From contig NC_045696.1 in assembly GCF_009834535.1 (NCBI RefSeq), positions 18,912,001 through 18,976,000 of the forward strand: DNA of 64,000 nucleotides, written 5' to 3'. A program made the translations under genes and the position numbers. The notes beneath the pieces were generated by a model. It did no database searches. It was not told where the DNA came from and was given only the letters and a program-made list of their open reading frames with translations. Source of the DNA: Camelus ferus (lineage: Eukaryota). Positions 39,770 through 52,739 of the stretch are shown here, one piece after another (the first letter of the stretch is position 1; each line of letters begins with the position of its first letter).

Positions 39770-40215
39770 ACAGATACTCCTTTTCTACCTCATTTCCATT
39801 TTCTTTCTAAAATAATCAGGATTTTGTTTGGAATATACATTTTCCAGATTAAAAAAAAAAAGACAAAGAACTGATTCCCTGGGTCCCTCCAAATTACAGT
39901 AACTGTGTAACACAGTTCTAGCTCATGATAATAATGAAGTGGGTTCTGGATGGGGATTTCAGAAGAATGATTGTATTTCTAATAAAGAAGGCTGAAGTCA
40001 TCTATGTAAAAATGTTGCCCTTCATACTTGTCTCTTAGATCCTTCTGAAATGTTAAAATGGAATTTGTGTAACCAACTTGTAAATACTGAGAAGATAGCC
40101 ACATGGTACGGATTATAAGTAGAAAAGAGGTGAAACATAGGAGCTTGAGATCATCAAAGATTCATTGTACATGTGAGTCATCAGCATCTAATTTTCTGGT
40201 TATGTGATAAAAATT
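39770..40215 (+). mobile_element. Old MaLR-like LTR (MLT1J/K-like)
   Basis: Weak similarity only (TGTGTAACACAGTTCTAGC, ACTGAGAAGATAGCCACATGGTACGGAT). Confidence 0.4.
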
Positions 40216-40682
40216 CCACTGGGGTCTTCAGGATAAAGGTAATGGCTTCTTCCTCTCCACTACCTGGCTTTCTTCTTCTGACAGGAAAGATAAGTTCTCT
40301 GAATCAGACAACAGACCATATATTACTCACAGAGCATCTCAATGTGGATTTCTTGAGATCCAGCTCCCACAAAGTGATGTCATGAAAGTATGATGTCACC
40401 CTCTGTATGTAGCGAGGTTGCACAGCAAAAGAGGACCTCCAAAATTATAGCACTCTGAGTTTACATAACTCTCTGATAATGTAGCACAACTTCCCCTGCT
40501 TCTTGCAAGAGAGTGAGAGTGAGCAAGACATTGAACATTTTACTCTGCAAAGTAAACAAATATTCCTCAAGAGGAGAGGAAGAGACCTCTGGCTTCACCA
40601 ACATAGACTGTAATACAACAGATCAAGAGGAGAATATTCTTTCATTCTCTCCAGAGCCATACATCATCTCTGGATTCCTAGG

Positions 40683-41177
40683 TCTATTAGTTTTCTCTTT
40701 CTTCTGTAACATATTATCATACATTTAATTGCTTAAAATAATATAATCTTACAGTTCTGTAGGTCAAGTTCTAACGCGGACTTAACTGGGCTAAAATCAA
40801 GGTGTCAGCAGGATTACATTCCTTTATGGAGACTCTAGAGAAGAATCCATTTCATTTTCTAGTGATAAGTCTGCCCACATCCCTTGTCTCATGGCTGCCT
40901 TTTATCTTCATATTAAAAGCAATGGCTGGTCCAGTCTTTAGTTTATTGCATTATTCTGGCCTTGATCTTTTTCTTTTCCTACTACACATTTTAAAGGATG
41001 CTCAAGATTAAATTGAGCCCAACCAAATAATATGGAATTATCTCTGTATTTAGAGATCATCTGATTAGCAACCTCAACTTCATCTTTAATTTCCATTTAC
41101 CATGCAGCTGAACATATTCACAAGTTATGGGGATTAGGAAATTAACATCGTTGGATGCCGTTATTCTGCCTACAACA
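40683..41177 (-). mobile_element. MaLR LTR (MLT1D-like)
   Basis: TCTTACAGTTCTGTAGGTCA...CTGGGCTAAAATCAAGGTGTCAGCAGG, ending TTATTCTGCCTACAACA. Confidence 0.85.
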
Positions 41178-41299
41178 CATGGCATCCTTACTATCTAATC
41201 ATCTTTAAATCAAGTTTTCCCAGTATCCTTTAAGCAGAAAGCCCAGACTAAAAAAAAATAAAGGTGAAAATATTCATCAGCATATATGGTTTATAAAGC

Positions 41300-41580
41300 T
41301 ATAAAAAATGGTGTTAATTGAAGAGTCATTGCATGTGGAATTACTGATGAGGCCCTTTAATAATAGAGTTTACAGAGATGAAGAGGAGACAACAAAAGAG
41401 GTAGAGGTAAGGGAGGGAGTGGGTAGTGAAGGTTAAGGATAAGCAAAAGAGTATTGTCTTTGGAAGCTAAATGAAGAAAGTAAAATAGAATGGAATGATT
41501 AAGTTTTTCAAAGGCTGTCAGTTGGTCAAGTTAGATGTGGGTTGAGAGATAACCATCAACTTTGGTAGCATAAAAGTAAT
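41300..41580 (-). mobile_element. L2 fragment
   Basis: GAAGCTAAATGAAGAAAGT...GGTCAAGTTAGATGTGGGTTGAGA. Confidence 0.6.
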
Positions 41581-42664
41581 ACACCACTTAATATAGGACA
41601 TTGGAATATGCCACAGCTTCAGTTGTCCATATAATTTCTTATCCTACTCATATTTATATCATGCTATTCCTATTAATTTTGGCTTTTTAATGACAAATGA
41701 GTAAAGTTAAAATGTTGAGTGAAGCCACATCTATATCATATTTCACATTAATATTGTAATTCAAAGCTCACTATTTAGGGAGAATATTTTCACAGCCATA
41801 TGAGACTAGTAAAACACAAAAGTAATTGAGAACCATGAATAAAGCTTTAAAAAAAACAAATCACAACTATGATGATTGCACAATTGCAGGAATAATATAA
41901 CAGAAATCTCACAATACAAAACTTTAAGCCATATATAGATTTTAGATTTAGTTAAATAGAAATTCAGACAGCATATTTTTATTGGATAAGTTGGGGAAAA
42001 TCTCTTTATTGTTTACATTTTATTAGCTTAGCAATGTTTTGACAAAGGCCATCACTGATTCAGTGATTAACTAACTATATATATATGACCTTTCTTATTT
42101 TATTGAGGTTATTGAATATTGTGATGAAATACTTGTCATATGTTATTGCACATGGAAGTATTTAAATGTCACACATGTACTTGCTTACAAATAAATATTT
42201 TCGTGATCTCTAAGACATATTCAAATAACATTTTCAAAAAATGTTATTGTAACTTAGATTTATAGTAAATTTAAAACCAAAAGAAAATCATATTCACTGA
42301 TGACAATATTCAGTGAGTATTTAGATGATTTCTCTCTTTTTTCCATTAATTTGTGGCATTATTTTAAATGAATTTCTGAAGGTATTTTACAAGTTTTAGC
42401 AGGAAGCATTTGTTTTAACTATAGTTATTCTATTTCTTTAAGAATTCAAATACTAGCAACAAGAAAAGGACAAACAGATCTCTCTTTGACTTCTTCATGG
42501 TACTGTTTTCCACAAATCTTCTGCAAGTATTTTGCTAAATTTTTGAATCATTTTCCAGATGTATTTTTACATGCTCTGAAAATATGCTTCTTTCCAAAGC
42601 TGAGTGATTTTGTAATAACATGATAATAGAAATAAATTAGTGGATAATAACATTATAATACCTT

Positions 42665-43242
42665 CATTTTTTTTCAGTTTTCTTTTTGTGGTAAAATACA
42701 TGTAACATGAAATTTATTATCCTAACCATTCTTAAATATACAATTCCAGTGGTATAAAGTACATTCATGTTGTGGTGCAAAATCACTACCATCAATCTCC
42801 AGAACTTTTCATCTTGCACAACTAAAACTTTGTCCAGCAATAAATCCACCAGTTCCGCCATTCCCCAGCCCTGGCAACCATCATTCTACTTCCTGTTACT
42901 ATGATTTTGACTATTCTAAGTACCTCATGTAAGTGAAATCATATGAAATTTGCCTTTTTGTGACTGGGTTATTTCACTCAGCAAATTATCCTCAAGGTTC
43001 ATCCATGTTGTTGCTTTGTAAAAGAATTTTCCTTCCAGCACTAAGTTGACTGGAAGTATTAAAAAAAAGGCACCCTTGTCCTGTTTCTGATCTTAAGGGG
43101 AAAGCCTTTAGTCTTTCACTACTGAATATGATGCTTGATGTGTTTTTTCCGTATATGACTTCTATTGTGCTGATGTAGTTTCTTTGTATTGCTAGTTTGT
43201 TGAGTGTTTTTATCATGAAAAAGTGTGAAATTTTGTCACATG
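42665..43242 (-). mobile_element. L1 3' end (L1MB-like) abutting an L1 ORF2 RT fragment
   Basis: The 3'UTR runs to ~43030. ORF 42992-43216 (MIKTLNKLAIQRNYISTIEVIY...ERLKAFPLRSETGQGC) is L1 RT. Confidence 0.88.
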
Positions 43243-43775
43243 ACTAATTATCATAAATTTAGTTATTAAAATAACATTAAAAAAATTCTCAGTTTCTGTG
43301 GGATCTGTATCCGTTACTGAGAGTTCTCACCAGATGGAAATTTGAGTACTGAAATTTTACTGAGGCTTGCAGATTTCTTCAACGTTCACTGGTTATTCTT
43401 CTTATGGGATGGTTGTCCCTGTTTCTGTTTTACCTGTTGATTGTTTCTGGGGAACTGCTCGCAGGTCCTGAAAACTTCCTTGCTGTGTGTCCTCATAAAC
43501 GAAGCCCACATGGTCGTTGGCTTCCTCCCAGTCCATCCTGGTGGTGTCTGCTGCTGCTTACTGTCTCTTTTAAGGGTTGCTCACCAAGTGTGACTTCCAT
43601 TTTTATTAACTCAGTCAACTAATTATTGACTTAATTAAATCTGCAAAATGCCATTTGTAGTGTCTGATATCCCATCATGTTTATAGGTCTCACTAATACT
43701 CAAGAGGAGTTCATACAGGGCATACAGGCCAAGGTATTGGAATCTCTGAGCCATCTAAGAAATCTGCCTGTCAGA
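43243..43775 (-). mobile_element. MaLR LTR (MLT1E-like)
   Basis: TCTCAGTTTCTGTGGG...ACTCAAGAGGAG...GCCATCTAAGAAATCTGCCT. Confidence 0.65.
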
Positions 43776-43779
43776 ATTT

Positions 43780-45250
43780 GAGCAGCAAAAATGAATGCCT
43801 ACAGTGGATTGGCATATATCAAACAGCATATCAAAATCAAAACCTTAATTATACCTTAAAATCTATTTGTCATCACTGGAGAGTCCTAGGGGTTCAATGA
43901 ATTCTTTTAGATATTGATTAAGTATCATTAATAAATATCAAAAGACAATCAAATTATCAATAATAAGAAATAATCAAGCTTTTATTTTACCTTCCTTATA
44001 TAGTCTGATTTCAAGGTAAGCAAATAGCTGGTGATGGAAAATTCTTTATTGAAGACTTCCAAGTAATAAATTCAGAAAGAATGATAGCATCAGAGAGTTA
44101 CCTTTTTGCAAATGTTAATGAATTAGTGGCTCTAGGAAACTATCATCAATCACTGTTAGTTGGTGAAAGATTAATGGGGAAGTTGTCAATAGATAAAGCT
44201 GACAACATCTAAACTTACTGATCCTCATTAACAACACTAAAATCATGATGACCAGACAGTATATGTCTCCTGAATGATGCAATAGGAAGTTAACAAATTT
44301 ATTTTTCCCAGTGAATTGGATCCAGTGAATCTAGACTCTAGGTCTAAATGCCATTTTACAGAATTATAGGGATTAAAAATATTGGCAGGGTCCCTGTGAG
44401 CCTCCTGTGTGAACTCATCTACAAAACAGAAATAGACTTACAGACAGTAAACAATCTTATGGTTACTGGGCAGGAACAGGGATGGGAAGGGATAACTTTG
44501 GAGTCTGAGGTTTGCAAATATTAACTACTATATATAAAATAGATTTAAAAAAACAAATTTCTTCTGTATAGCACAGGAACTATGTTCAATATCTTTTAGT
44601 AACCTATAATGAAAAAGCACATGAAAATGAATATATGTATGTACATGTATGACTTAAACATTATGCTGTACATCAGAAATTGATACACTGTGACTATACT
44701 TCAATTAAAAAAACATATAAAATATATATAGATATAAAATATAGATATAGAAACAAATGGCTCTCAAGAGACAGACAGACAGAGACAGAAACAGCACTGT
44801 AGTGATGAAATCGCAAAATCAAGAATATGAGTCAACAGAATGAATGACTAGTTTCTTCCACAAAGTGACAAAAAAATTTAAAGAATCGAGGATTCCTATG
44901 AAATGGAAGAGATTGAAAAGACACAGCAAATAAATGCAATAGTGGGTCAGTCTGGATCCTGATTCAAAACCCAAACATAAAAATACATTAATGACATAAT
45001 GAGAAAAATTTGAGCATGGACAAGAATTAGATACTAAGAAACTGTTTTTAATTTTGTTATATACTTTATGTTAATAATAATCTTATCTTTTAGAGCTACT
45101 CACTAAAGAAATTACAGGTGAAACAGTAATATAGGCGTTGCTTTGAGATGGAGATGGATAGATAAAACCAGATTAGTAACATGCTGACAATTACTGAGGT
45201 TGGATGTTGGGATCTATTATTCCCTCTAGTCTTAAGTATGTTAGAGAAAT
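43780..45250 (+). mobile_element. Old L1 3'UTR (L1MC/MD-like) hosting a younger L1 insert
   Basis: CCTTTTTGCAAATGTTAATGAATTAGTGGCTCTAGG and AAATGCAATAGTGGGTCAGTCTGGATCCTGATTCAAA. Confidence 0.65.
44408..44713 (+). mobile_element. Younger 5'-truncated L1 3'UTR
   Basis: TGAACTCATCTACAAAACAGAAATAGACTTACAGAC...CTGTATAGCACAGGAACTATGTTCAATATCTT...ACTATACTTCAATTAAAAAAA. Confidence 0.88.
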
Positions 45251-48169
45251 AAATCTATAGCCAGTGATTTGCTAGATTTGGTCCATTGGCCATAGTTTGC
45301 TGAAATCCACAACAAAATAATGTTAACTCATTGGTAAAGATTTATGAAAACCAATGCTAGTAGTAATTCATGTTTTTAAAGTTTCATTTGTACAACCTCA
45401 TGGCAAGATTTCTTGAAATTTACAATCATAAAACTGACGATATTATGACTGCCCTGAAGAATATTGCAGATAAGAAGTGGTGTAAAACAGACACTCACAC
45501 TTATACAAAAGTGAACAGTTCATTTAGTTTTTTGTATATAAACAGCCTCAAAATATTCATACTGACTTGTCCTACAAAGCTATCTTATTTTTTTTTCAGA
45601 TTTGAAGACTCATAACAAGTAAAAAAATTGACATTTTCTTTTAGATATTTCTGGTCATTGAATGAAGTTTAATTTTACTGCCTCATGATTATGGTTCAGG
45701 CATTATAATTAGTTTTTCAAGTGTAGCAACTAAAAAGGAAGAGATGTTTTAAAATTCTATTTAGCTTAGGTTTTAAAAAACAAATGGCTGTTAGGCAGCA
45801 CCAAGGACAATTAACCTCATGTAATCAAAGTTCAAAATGAAACACTGGTCTTGTGCCAGTCAACTAATTTCCACACAGGAGAGTATGTGGTTGCACAAGA
45901 GTTGAGACGAGATTGGCAGAAAGGATCCAAGCACCTGCCAAACGGTCCACACACCAGGTGAGAGGAACATTGTGGCCACAGGGAGTTTGAGAAATTGGTC
46001 CACTAGCCACCCAGCATGATTCTTGTCTAAGCTCTTAGATAGGAAGCCCTTAGGAAGAGAAATAGAAAAAAAGGGTCACTCAGAGAGGTTTGAAATTTCA
46101 GGCCATCACTTCTTTTGTTTAGCTAGACAAATTGACACTGCATACACATATACGCTTTAAATGAGTCTAAGATACTGGAAAAAGATTCTCTACATCTGAG
46201 CAGGGTGGTTTTAGTATGACATGTCGGTGATAAAATGTTATTTGGGGAGGAATCAGTAACATGCAAGAAGTAACACTATTGGTAAGTCCTCTATCTGTGG
46301 CTCTCCCGACCATATCAACAAAGGTATCCTGAGAAGAAATGGAGAAAAATTGATACAGGATAGATTTCAGATGACTGTACAGCTTAGTCATTTAGAAATA
46401 ATTAGGGGAACCAGGATAGAATGTGGGAGGAAAGGCAGAGAAACATGGAATGTTATATTTAAATTACTCAGTTTCAACATTCAAAGAGCAATGAAGTTTC
46501 TAAATAGCATTTGCTGCATTTAACTATTTCATCTTTGTTGTCTGTTGGACTCGTTTATGGACTATGTCAGTTTCTTCAGCATCCATCTATAAACTCTTTG
46601 GGTAAAATGTGATTTGTTAGTCTACTTCATTTTTCTCTTTAGACACATAGTTCTACCCTATCCAATTCATCTTTATTCTCTGATTACTCACCTCATAGTT
46701 TTTTTTAATCTTCCTCTGAAACTCCTTGAAATTGAGAAACATTATTACCTTATAACTTGAAATATTCATTAATGAAAAATACATATTAACACATGCTTTT
46801 AAAATATTCGTTCAGTTCTAATATCACTCCAAATTTTAACCCACCAACAAAATTGAAAATTTAGTTTTTCACTGTAATTGGAAGAATTTATTATAGCTGA
46901 CATCTTTGCTAATCTTTATTAATATACCTCGGTAAGAAATATTGTTTATTTTTATAATCCATCAAACAAAAAAGATTTAAAAAGCCCTAATTCTATTAAA
47001 ATGGAGGCAGTAACACATTTTTAGAACTCTGCCCTAAAGAACTCTAATTTTGAGAGGTTTTGTTTGTTTTGCTTTTTTCATTTTTTGTATTTGTTTGTTT
47101 TCTAAGTCTAGAAATCTAGATAAACCAACCATATTTGTGGCTGAAATTTCTGATGTTCTCTGTCCCTGAATTCTAGTGTAGACAGTGCTCAAGCATATTA
47201 AAACGCTTCTACGTAGTAGGACTTAATTTCACATAAACCTTACTCTTTAGTTCTGTTTTATTCAAAAAGAAAAATAAATATTGCAACAACTGTCAACCCC
47301 CACTGTTAATCTATTTTCAAAAAAAGCTCATCATACTGTCCAAAAAGAAAAAAAAAATCTACTCAATTTATTGTCACTTTAAAGTTTTCAAAGTACTTTT
47401 AATATTTTACCAATATGCTCACTCAGTTCCTAATTATTTTTGGATCCTGCTGAGTAATTTTCTCAGCTTCTTAGTATGGTGATTTGCATTCCTTCTCACA
47501 TCTGGGTTCTTTTTATGCTGTTTATTTTATATTGTTTGGATTGACATATGAGCCTTAATTTTTTCTTCTTTAGACGACAAGACAAAACTTTTCTTAAAAA
47601 TGAAAATTTCCAGCAAACTTGTAAGCTGTCTCTTTACGTCTTGTGTTTGCATGCTTAAAAAATGCAGCAGTAAGTATTGCCTTGTTTTTCTTTGTCAGAG
47701 AAAACTGGCTCTTGGATTTTGAAAAAAACAAAGTACATACTCTCAGTTTCCTTAAAAGGGGAAATTCATGTAATTTATTTTTAGATTAGACAGATGGCTT
47801 TCAGACAGTAATGGAAATATCTAAAGAAAATTCATAAAATTTATTTATCTTTCTTCTGAAAGCATTTCCAATGAGGCTATCTTTTCCAGTGTAAGGTTAA
47901 ATTTACAAAATTTTCCATCATTTTCCACTGAACTGCAGTGTATTTTACCACAAAGGGTTTTGAGCAATAAGATGTCAGCTAAGATGATGATGACAATGAT
48001 CATGATGATGTCTACCTGCAAAAGGCTTCTAACGTTTCCATTTGTTATGTTTGATATTTAAAATCTCAAAATTAAATAAGACCACTATGATTCAAGTAAT
48101 AAAAAAATTGAACTAGGAGTAGTCAGGAATTTTGACCTTGTATCTAGCTAAATTGGGGGAACTACCACC

Positions 48170-48365
48170 TTAAAATCAACCCATTATTTATAAACTTATA
48201 ATTAGTTATATACTTTCTCACTTATTTCACACTTTTCCCACTGACTTAGAGCTCTCAATGGCCACGAACCTCTTTTTTCTTCTTTTTTTCCAGCAATATT
48301 TAACTAGTTCCTAGCACAGAGAGAAAGGAAATTTCAATTAATGGTTGCTGAATGAATTAATGAAT
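48170..48365 (+). mobile_element. L2 3' end
   Basis: CCCACTGACTTAGAGCTCTC...AGTTCCTAGCACAGAG...GTTGCTGAATGAATTAATGAAT. Confidence 0.7.
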
Positions 48366-48494
48366 CTCTGAAACTGAAGCATATATTTGACATCTATGGT
48401 CATTACATATAAATACTAAACTGTAGCAACTTCTTCAATATTTTAAACATGAAACAGAATCTTCTTTAGAAGAATTTATATTTAAAATTTTTAA

Positions 48495-49916
48495 AATTAT
48501 TTCTTATTGAGTTATAATTAACATTAAATATTATATTAATTTCAGGTGTACAACATAGTGATTCAATATTTTTATACATTATAAAATAATCACCTTATTA
48601 AGACCAGTTACCATCTCTCACTGTACAGAATTATGAAAATCTTATTTACTATATTCCTATTTGTATATTACATCCCTGTGACTTAGTATTTTATAACTGG
48701 AAGTTAGTCCCTCTTAATCCCCTTCATCTGTTTTACCCATCTTCCCACCCCTTTCCATTCTGTCAATCGCCAGTGTCTATGAGGCTATTTCTGTTTAGTT
48801 TTGTGTGTTCATTTTGGTTTTTTTAGAGTCAACGTATAAGTGAAATTATACTGTACTTGTTTTTCCCTGTCTGACTTTTGTCACTTAGCATAACATCCTT
48901 TAGGTCCATTCATGTTGGAACAAGTGGCAAGATTTCATTCTCTCATATAGCTTTTATGTAGTATGTGTACACACACACACATACACATATCCCACATTCT
49001 CTTTATCCAGTCATCTGTCCATGGACACTTCTGCTTTCTTCTGATAAATACTCAGAAGTGGAATTGCTGGATCATATGACAGTTCGAGTTTATTTTCTTG
49101 AGAAAGAACCCTCCATACTTTTTCATAGAGGCTACACCAATATACATTCCCATCTAGAGTGCACCATTTTTTTTTCCCCACCTACTTGCCGACACTTGTT
49201 TCTCATATTTTTGATAATAGCCATTCTGACATGTGTGAGGTGGTCTCTCATTGTAATTTTGATTTGCATTTCCCTGATGATTATGATGTTGAGCTCCCTT
49301 TCATGTGCCTATTGGCCAGCTCTATGTCTTCTTTAGAAACATATCTATTCAGGGCCTCTGCCCACTTTTAGCCTGGTTATTTATTAATTTTTGTTACTGA
49401 GTTATGTAAGTATTTATATATTGTGGATATCTACTCCTTATCTTGTACATCATTTGCAAATATACTCTCCAGTTTAGTAAGCTTCCTTTTCATTTTGAGT
49501 ATGGTTTCCTTTGATGTGAAAAAGCTTTTCAGTGTGCTATAGTCCCATTTATTTATCTTTGTTTTTGTTGCCCTTGCCTGATGAGACAAATCCAAAAAAA
49601 TATTTGTAATACCAATGTCAAAGAGCTTACTGTCTGCTTTCTTTCAGGAAGTTTATGGTTTCAAGTCTTGCATTTAAGTCTTTAATCTATTTTGAGTTGA
49701 TTTTTGTATATGGTGTATGAAAGTGATCCAGTTTCATTCTTTTGCATGTGCTGTCCAGTTTATCCAACACCATTTATTGAAGAGATTATCTTTCCCCCAT
49801 TGTATACCCTTGCCTCCTTTGTCATAGATTGATTGATAATATTAGCATGGGTTTATTTCTGGATTCTGTTCAGTATCATTGATCAATGTGTCTGTTTTTG
49901 TGCAAGTATCACATTC
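48495..49916 (-). mobile_element. L1 3' end plus ORF2 C-terminus
   Basis: TTTCAGGTGTACAACATAGTGATTCAATATT tail, followed by continuous antisense ORF2 sequence. Confidence 0.92.
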
Positions 49917-52690
49917 TTTTTTTTTTTTTTGAAGTATGGTTGATTTAAAATATTACATTAGTTTCTGGTGTACAGCATAGTGATTCAGTATTTTTGCAGA
50001 TATATTCCATTATAGATTATTACAAGATAATGGGTATAATTCCCTGTGCTATGCAGTATATCCTTGTGGCTTATCAATTTAATACACAGTAATTTGTATC
50101 TGTCCCATACCCCTAATTAATCCCTCCCCACTGCCTTCTCCCCTTTGGTAATCACAGTTTGTTTTTCTATATCTGTAAGTCTGTTTATGTTTTGCATGGA
50201 CATTCATTTGTATGTTTTTTTAGATTCCTCATATAAGTGATATTATACAGTATTTGTCTTTCTCTATCTGATTTATTTTACTAAGCATATTCTTTAGGTC
50301 CATTGATGTTACTACAAAGGCAGAATTTTATTCTTTTATATGGCTAATATTCCATTGTGTGTGTGTATAAAATATGAAGACATCTTCTTACTCAAAATAT
50401 CTGTTGATGAACATTTGAGTTGTTTCTGGGTCTTGGCTTTTATAAATTGTGCTGCTATGAACATTAGGGTGCATGTAGCTTTTCAAATTAGTACTTTAGT
50501 TTTTTCCAGATATATACCCAGGAGTGGAATTGTTGGATCCTATGGTAGTTCTATTTTTAGTTTTTTGAGCAATCTCCATACTGTTTTCCATAGTGACTGC
50601 ACCAATTTACATTCCAACAGTGTACAAGTGTTCCCTTTTCTTGATATCCTTTCAAACATTTATTATTTGTAGACTTTTCAATAAAAGCCATTCTGATAGG
50701 TGTGAGGTGTAACCTCATTGCTGTTTTTGATTTGCGTTTCTCTAATTAGCAATGTTGAGCATCACTTTACATGCCTGTTAGCCATCTGTATGTCTTCTTT
50801 AGAAAAATGTCTATTCGTATTTTTGGCCCACTTTTTATTTTTTTTTAATTGAGTTGTATGAGCTATATATATATTTTGGATATTAACCCTTTGTCAGTCA
50901 CATTATTTGCAAATATTTTTTTCCCATTCTATATGTTGTCTTTTCACTTTGTCAGTGATTTCCTTTGCTGTGCAAAAGCTTTTTAATTTAATTAGGACTA
51001 ATTTCTTAGTTTTGCTTTTATGTCTGTTGTCTTAGGAGACAGATCCAAAAAGCATTGCTATGATTTATGTCAAATTGTGTTCTATGTTGCCTTGTGGGAA
51101 ATTTGCAGTTTCCATTCTTACATTTAGCCCCTTAAACAATTTTGAGTTTATTTTTGTATATAGTGTGAGGAATTGTTATAATCTCATTGTTTTACATGTG
51201 GCTGTCCAGTTTTCCCAGCACCACTTGTTGAAGAGGCTATGTTTTCTCCATTATGTATTCTTATTTCCTTTATCACAGATTAATAGACCATAGGTGTGTG
51301 GGTTTATTTCTCGGCTCTATCCTGTGCCACTCATCTATGTGTCTGGTTTTATGCCAGTACCATACTATCTGGATTACTGTAGCATTGTACCGTATATAGT
51401 CTGAAGTCTGGGAAAGTTATTCCACCAGTTCAGTTCTTTTTTTCTCATGTGGCACTTTGGGGTCTTTTGTGGTTCCATCTTAATTTTAGGACTGATTTTT
51501 CTAGTTCTGTGAAAAATGCCGTGGGTGTTTTGATAGGGATTCCATTAAAACTGTAGATTGCTTTGGATAGTATGGTCATTTGAATAATATTAATTTTCCC
51601 AATCCAAGAGCATGGGCTATCTTTCCATTTCTTTGTGTCATATTCAATCTTCTTTGCTTTGTTTTATATTTTTCAGAGTTTAGGTCTTTCACCTCTTTCG
51701 TTACGTTTATCACTAGGTATTTTATTCTTTTTGATGCAATTTTAAATGCTATGTTTAGTTTTTACTTCCTTTTCTGTTAGTTCATTATTAGTATATAGAA
51801 ATGCAACAGATTTCTGTAAATTAATCTTGTACCCTGCATCTTGTCTGAGTTTATTTATTATTTCTAGGAGTTTTGGGTTGGAGACCTAAAGTATCATGTT
51901 GTCTATAAACAGTGACAATTTTACCTCTTCCTTTTTAATTTGGATACTTTTTATTTCTTTTCCTGTCTGATTGTTATGGCTAGGATTTCTAATACTATGT
52001 TAAATAGAAGTGGCAAGAATGGGCATCCTTTTCCCCAGATTCATTGGGAAAGCTTCAGTTTTTTACCCTTGTGTATAACATTGGCCGTGGGCTGGATATA
52101 AATGATCTTTTTCTTGTTTATACCCATTTTGATGAGAGTTTTTATCATGAATGGGTGTTTAATTTTGTCAGATGCTTGTTCTGAATCTGTTGAAATAATC
52201 ATGTGATTTTTATCCTTCCTTTTGTTAATGCGGTGTATCACATTGACTGATTTGGGAATGTTAACCCATCCTGAGACACTGGAATAAATCAGACTTGATC
52301 ATGGTGTTTGATCCTCCTCATATACTACTGGATTCAGTTTGCTAATATTTTGTTGAAGATTTTTGCATCTATAGTCATCAAAGATATTGGCCTGTAGTTT
52401 TGTTGTGGCTGTGTCTTTGATTTTGCTATCAAGGTAATGGTGGCCTCATTGAATAAATTTATGAGTGTTCCTTCTTCAGTTTTTTGGAATATTTTGAGAA
52501 AGATAGATATTAGTTCTTCTTTATGAATTTGGTAGAATTCTCCTGTGAAGCCATCCTGGACTTTTGTTTTCTGGTAGGTTTTTTTTTTTTTTCTTTTAAT
52601 TGCAAGTTCAATTTCCTATCTAGTGATTGGTCTGTTCAAATTGTCAATTTCTTCTTGATTCAGTCTTGGCAGGCTATATGTCTAGAAACA
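49917..52690 (-). mobile_element. Second L1 (~2.8 kb, 5'-truncated) starting with poly-T
   Basis: Poly-T at 49917-49930. ORF 52041-52241 ([35 protein letters not shown]) is the L1 RT domain. Confidence 0.93.
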
Positions 52691-52739
52691 ATGTGATAGG
52701 TTAGCCTAGATCTCTCTGAAACTGGTAAAGTATGAAGAA

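Noticed and set aside
28455..49035. Two L1 copies both breaking at ATGGACACTT(C)
   Set aside because: One is a truncation and the other an internal deletion. Two cases are compatible with coincidence.
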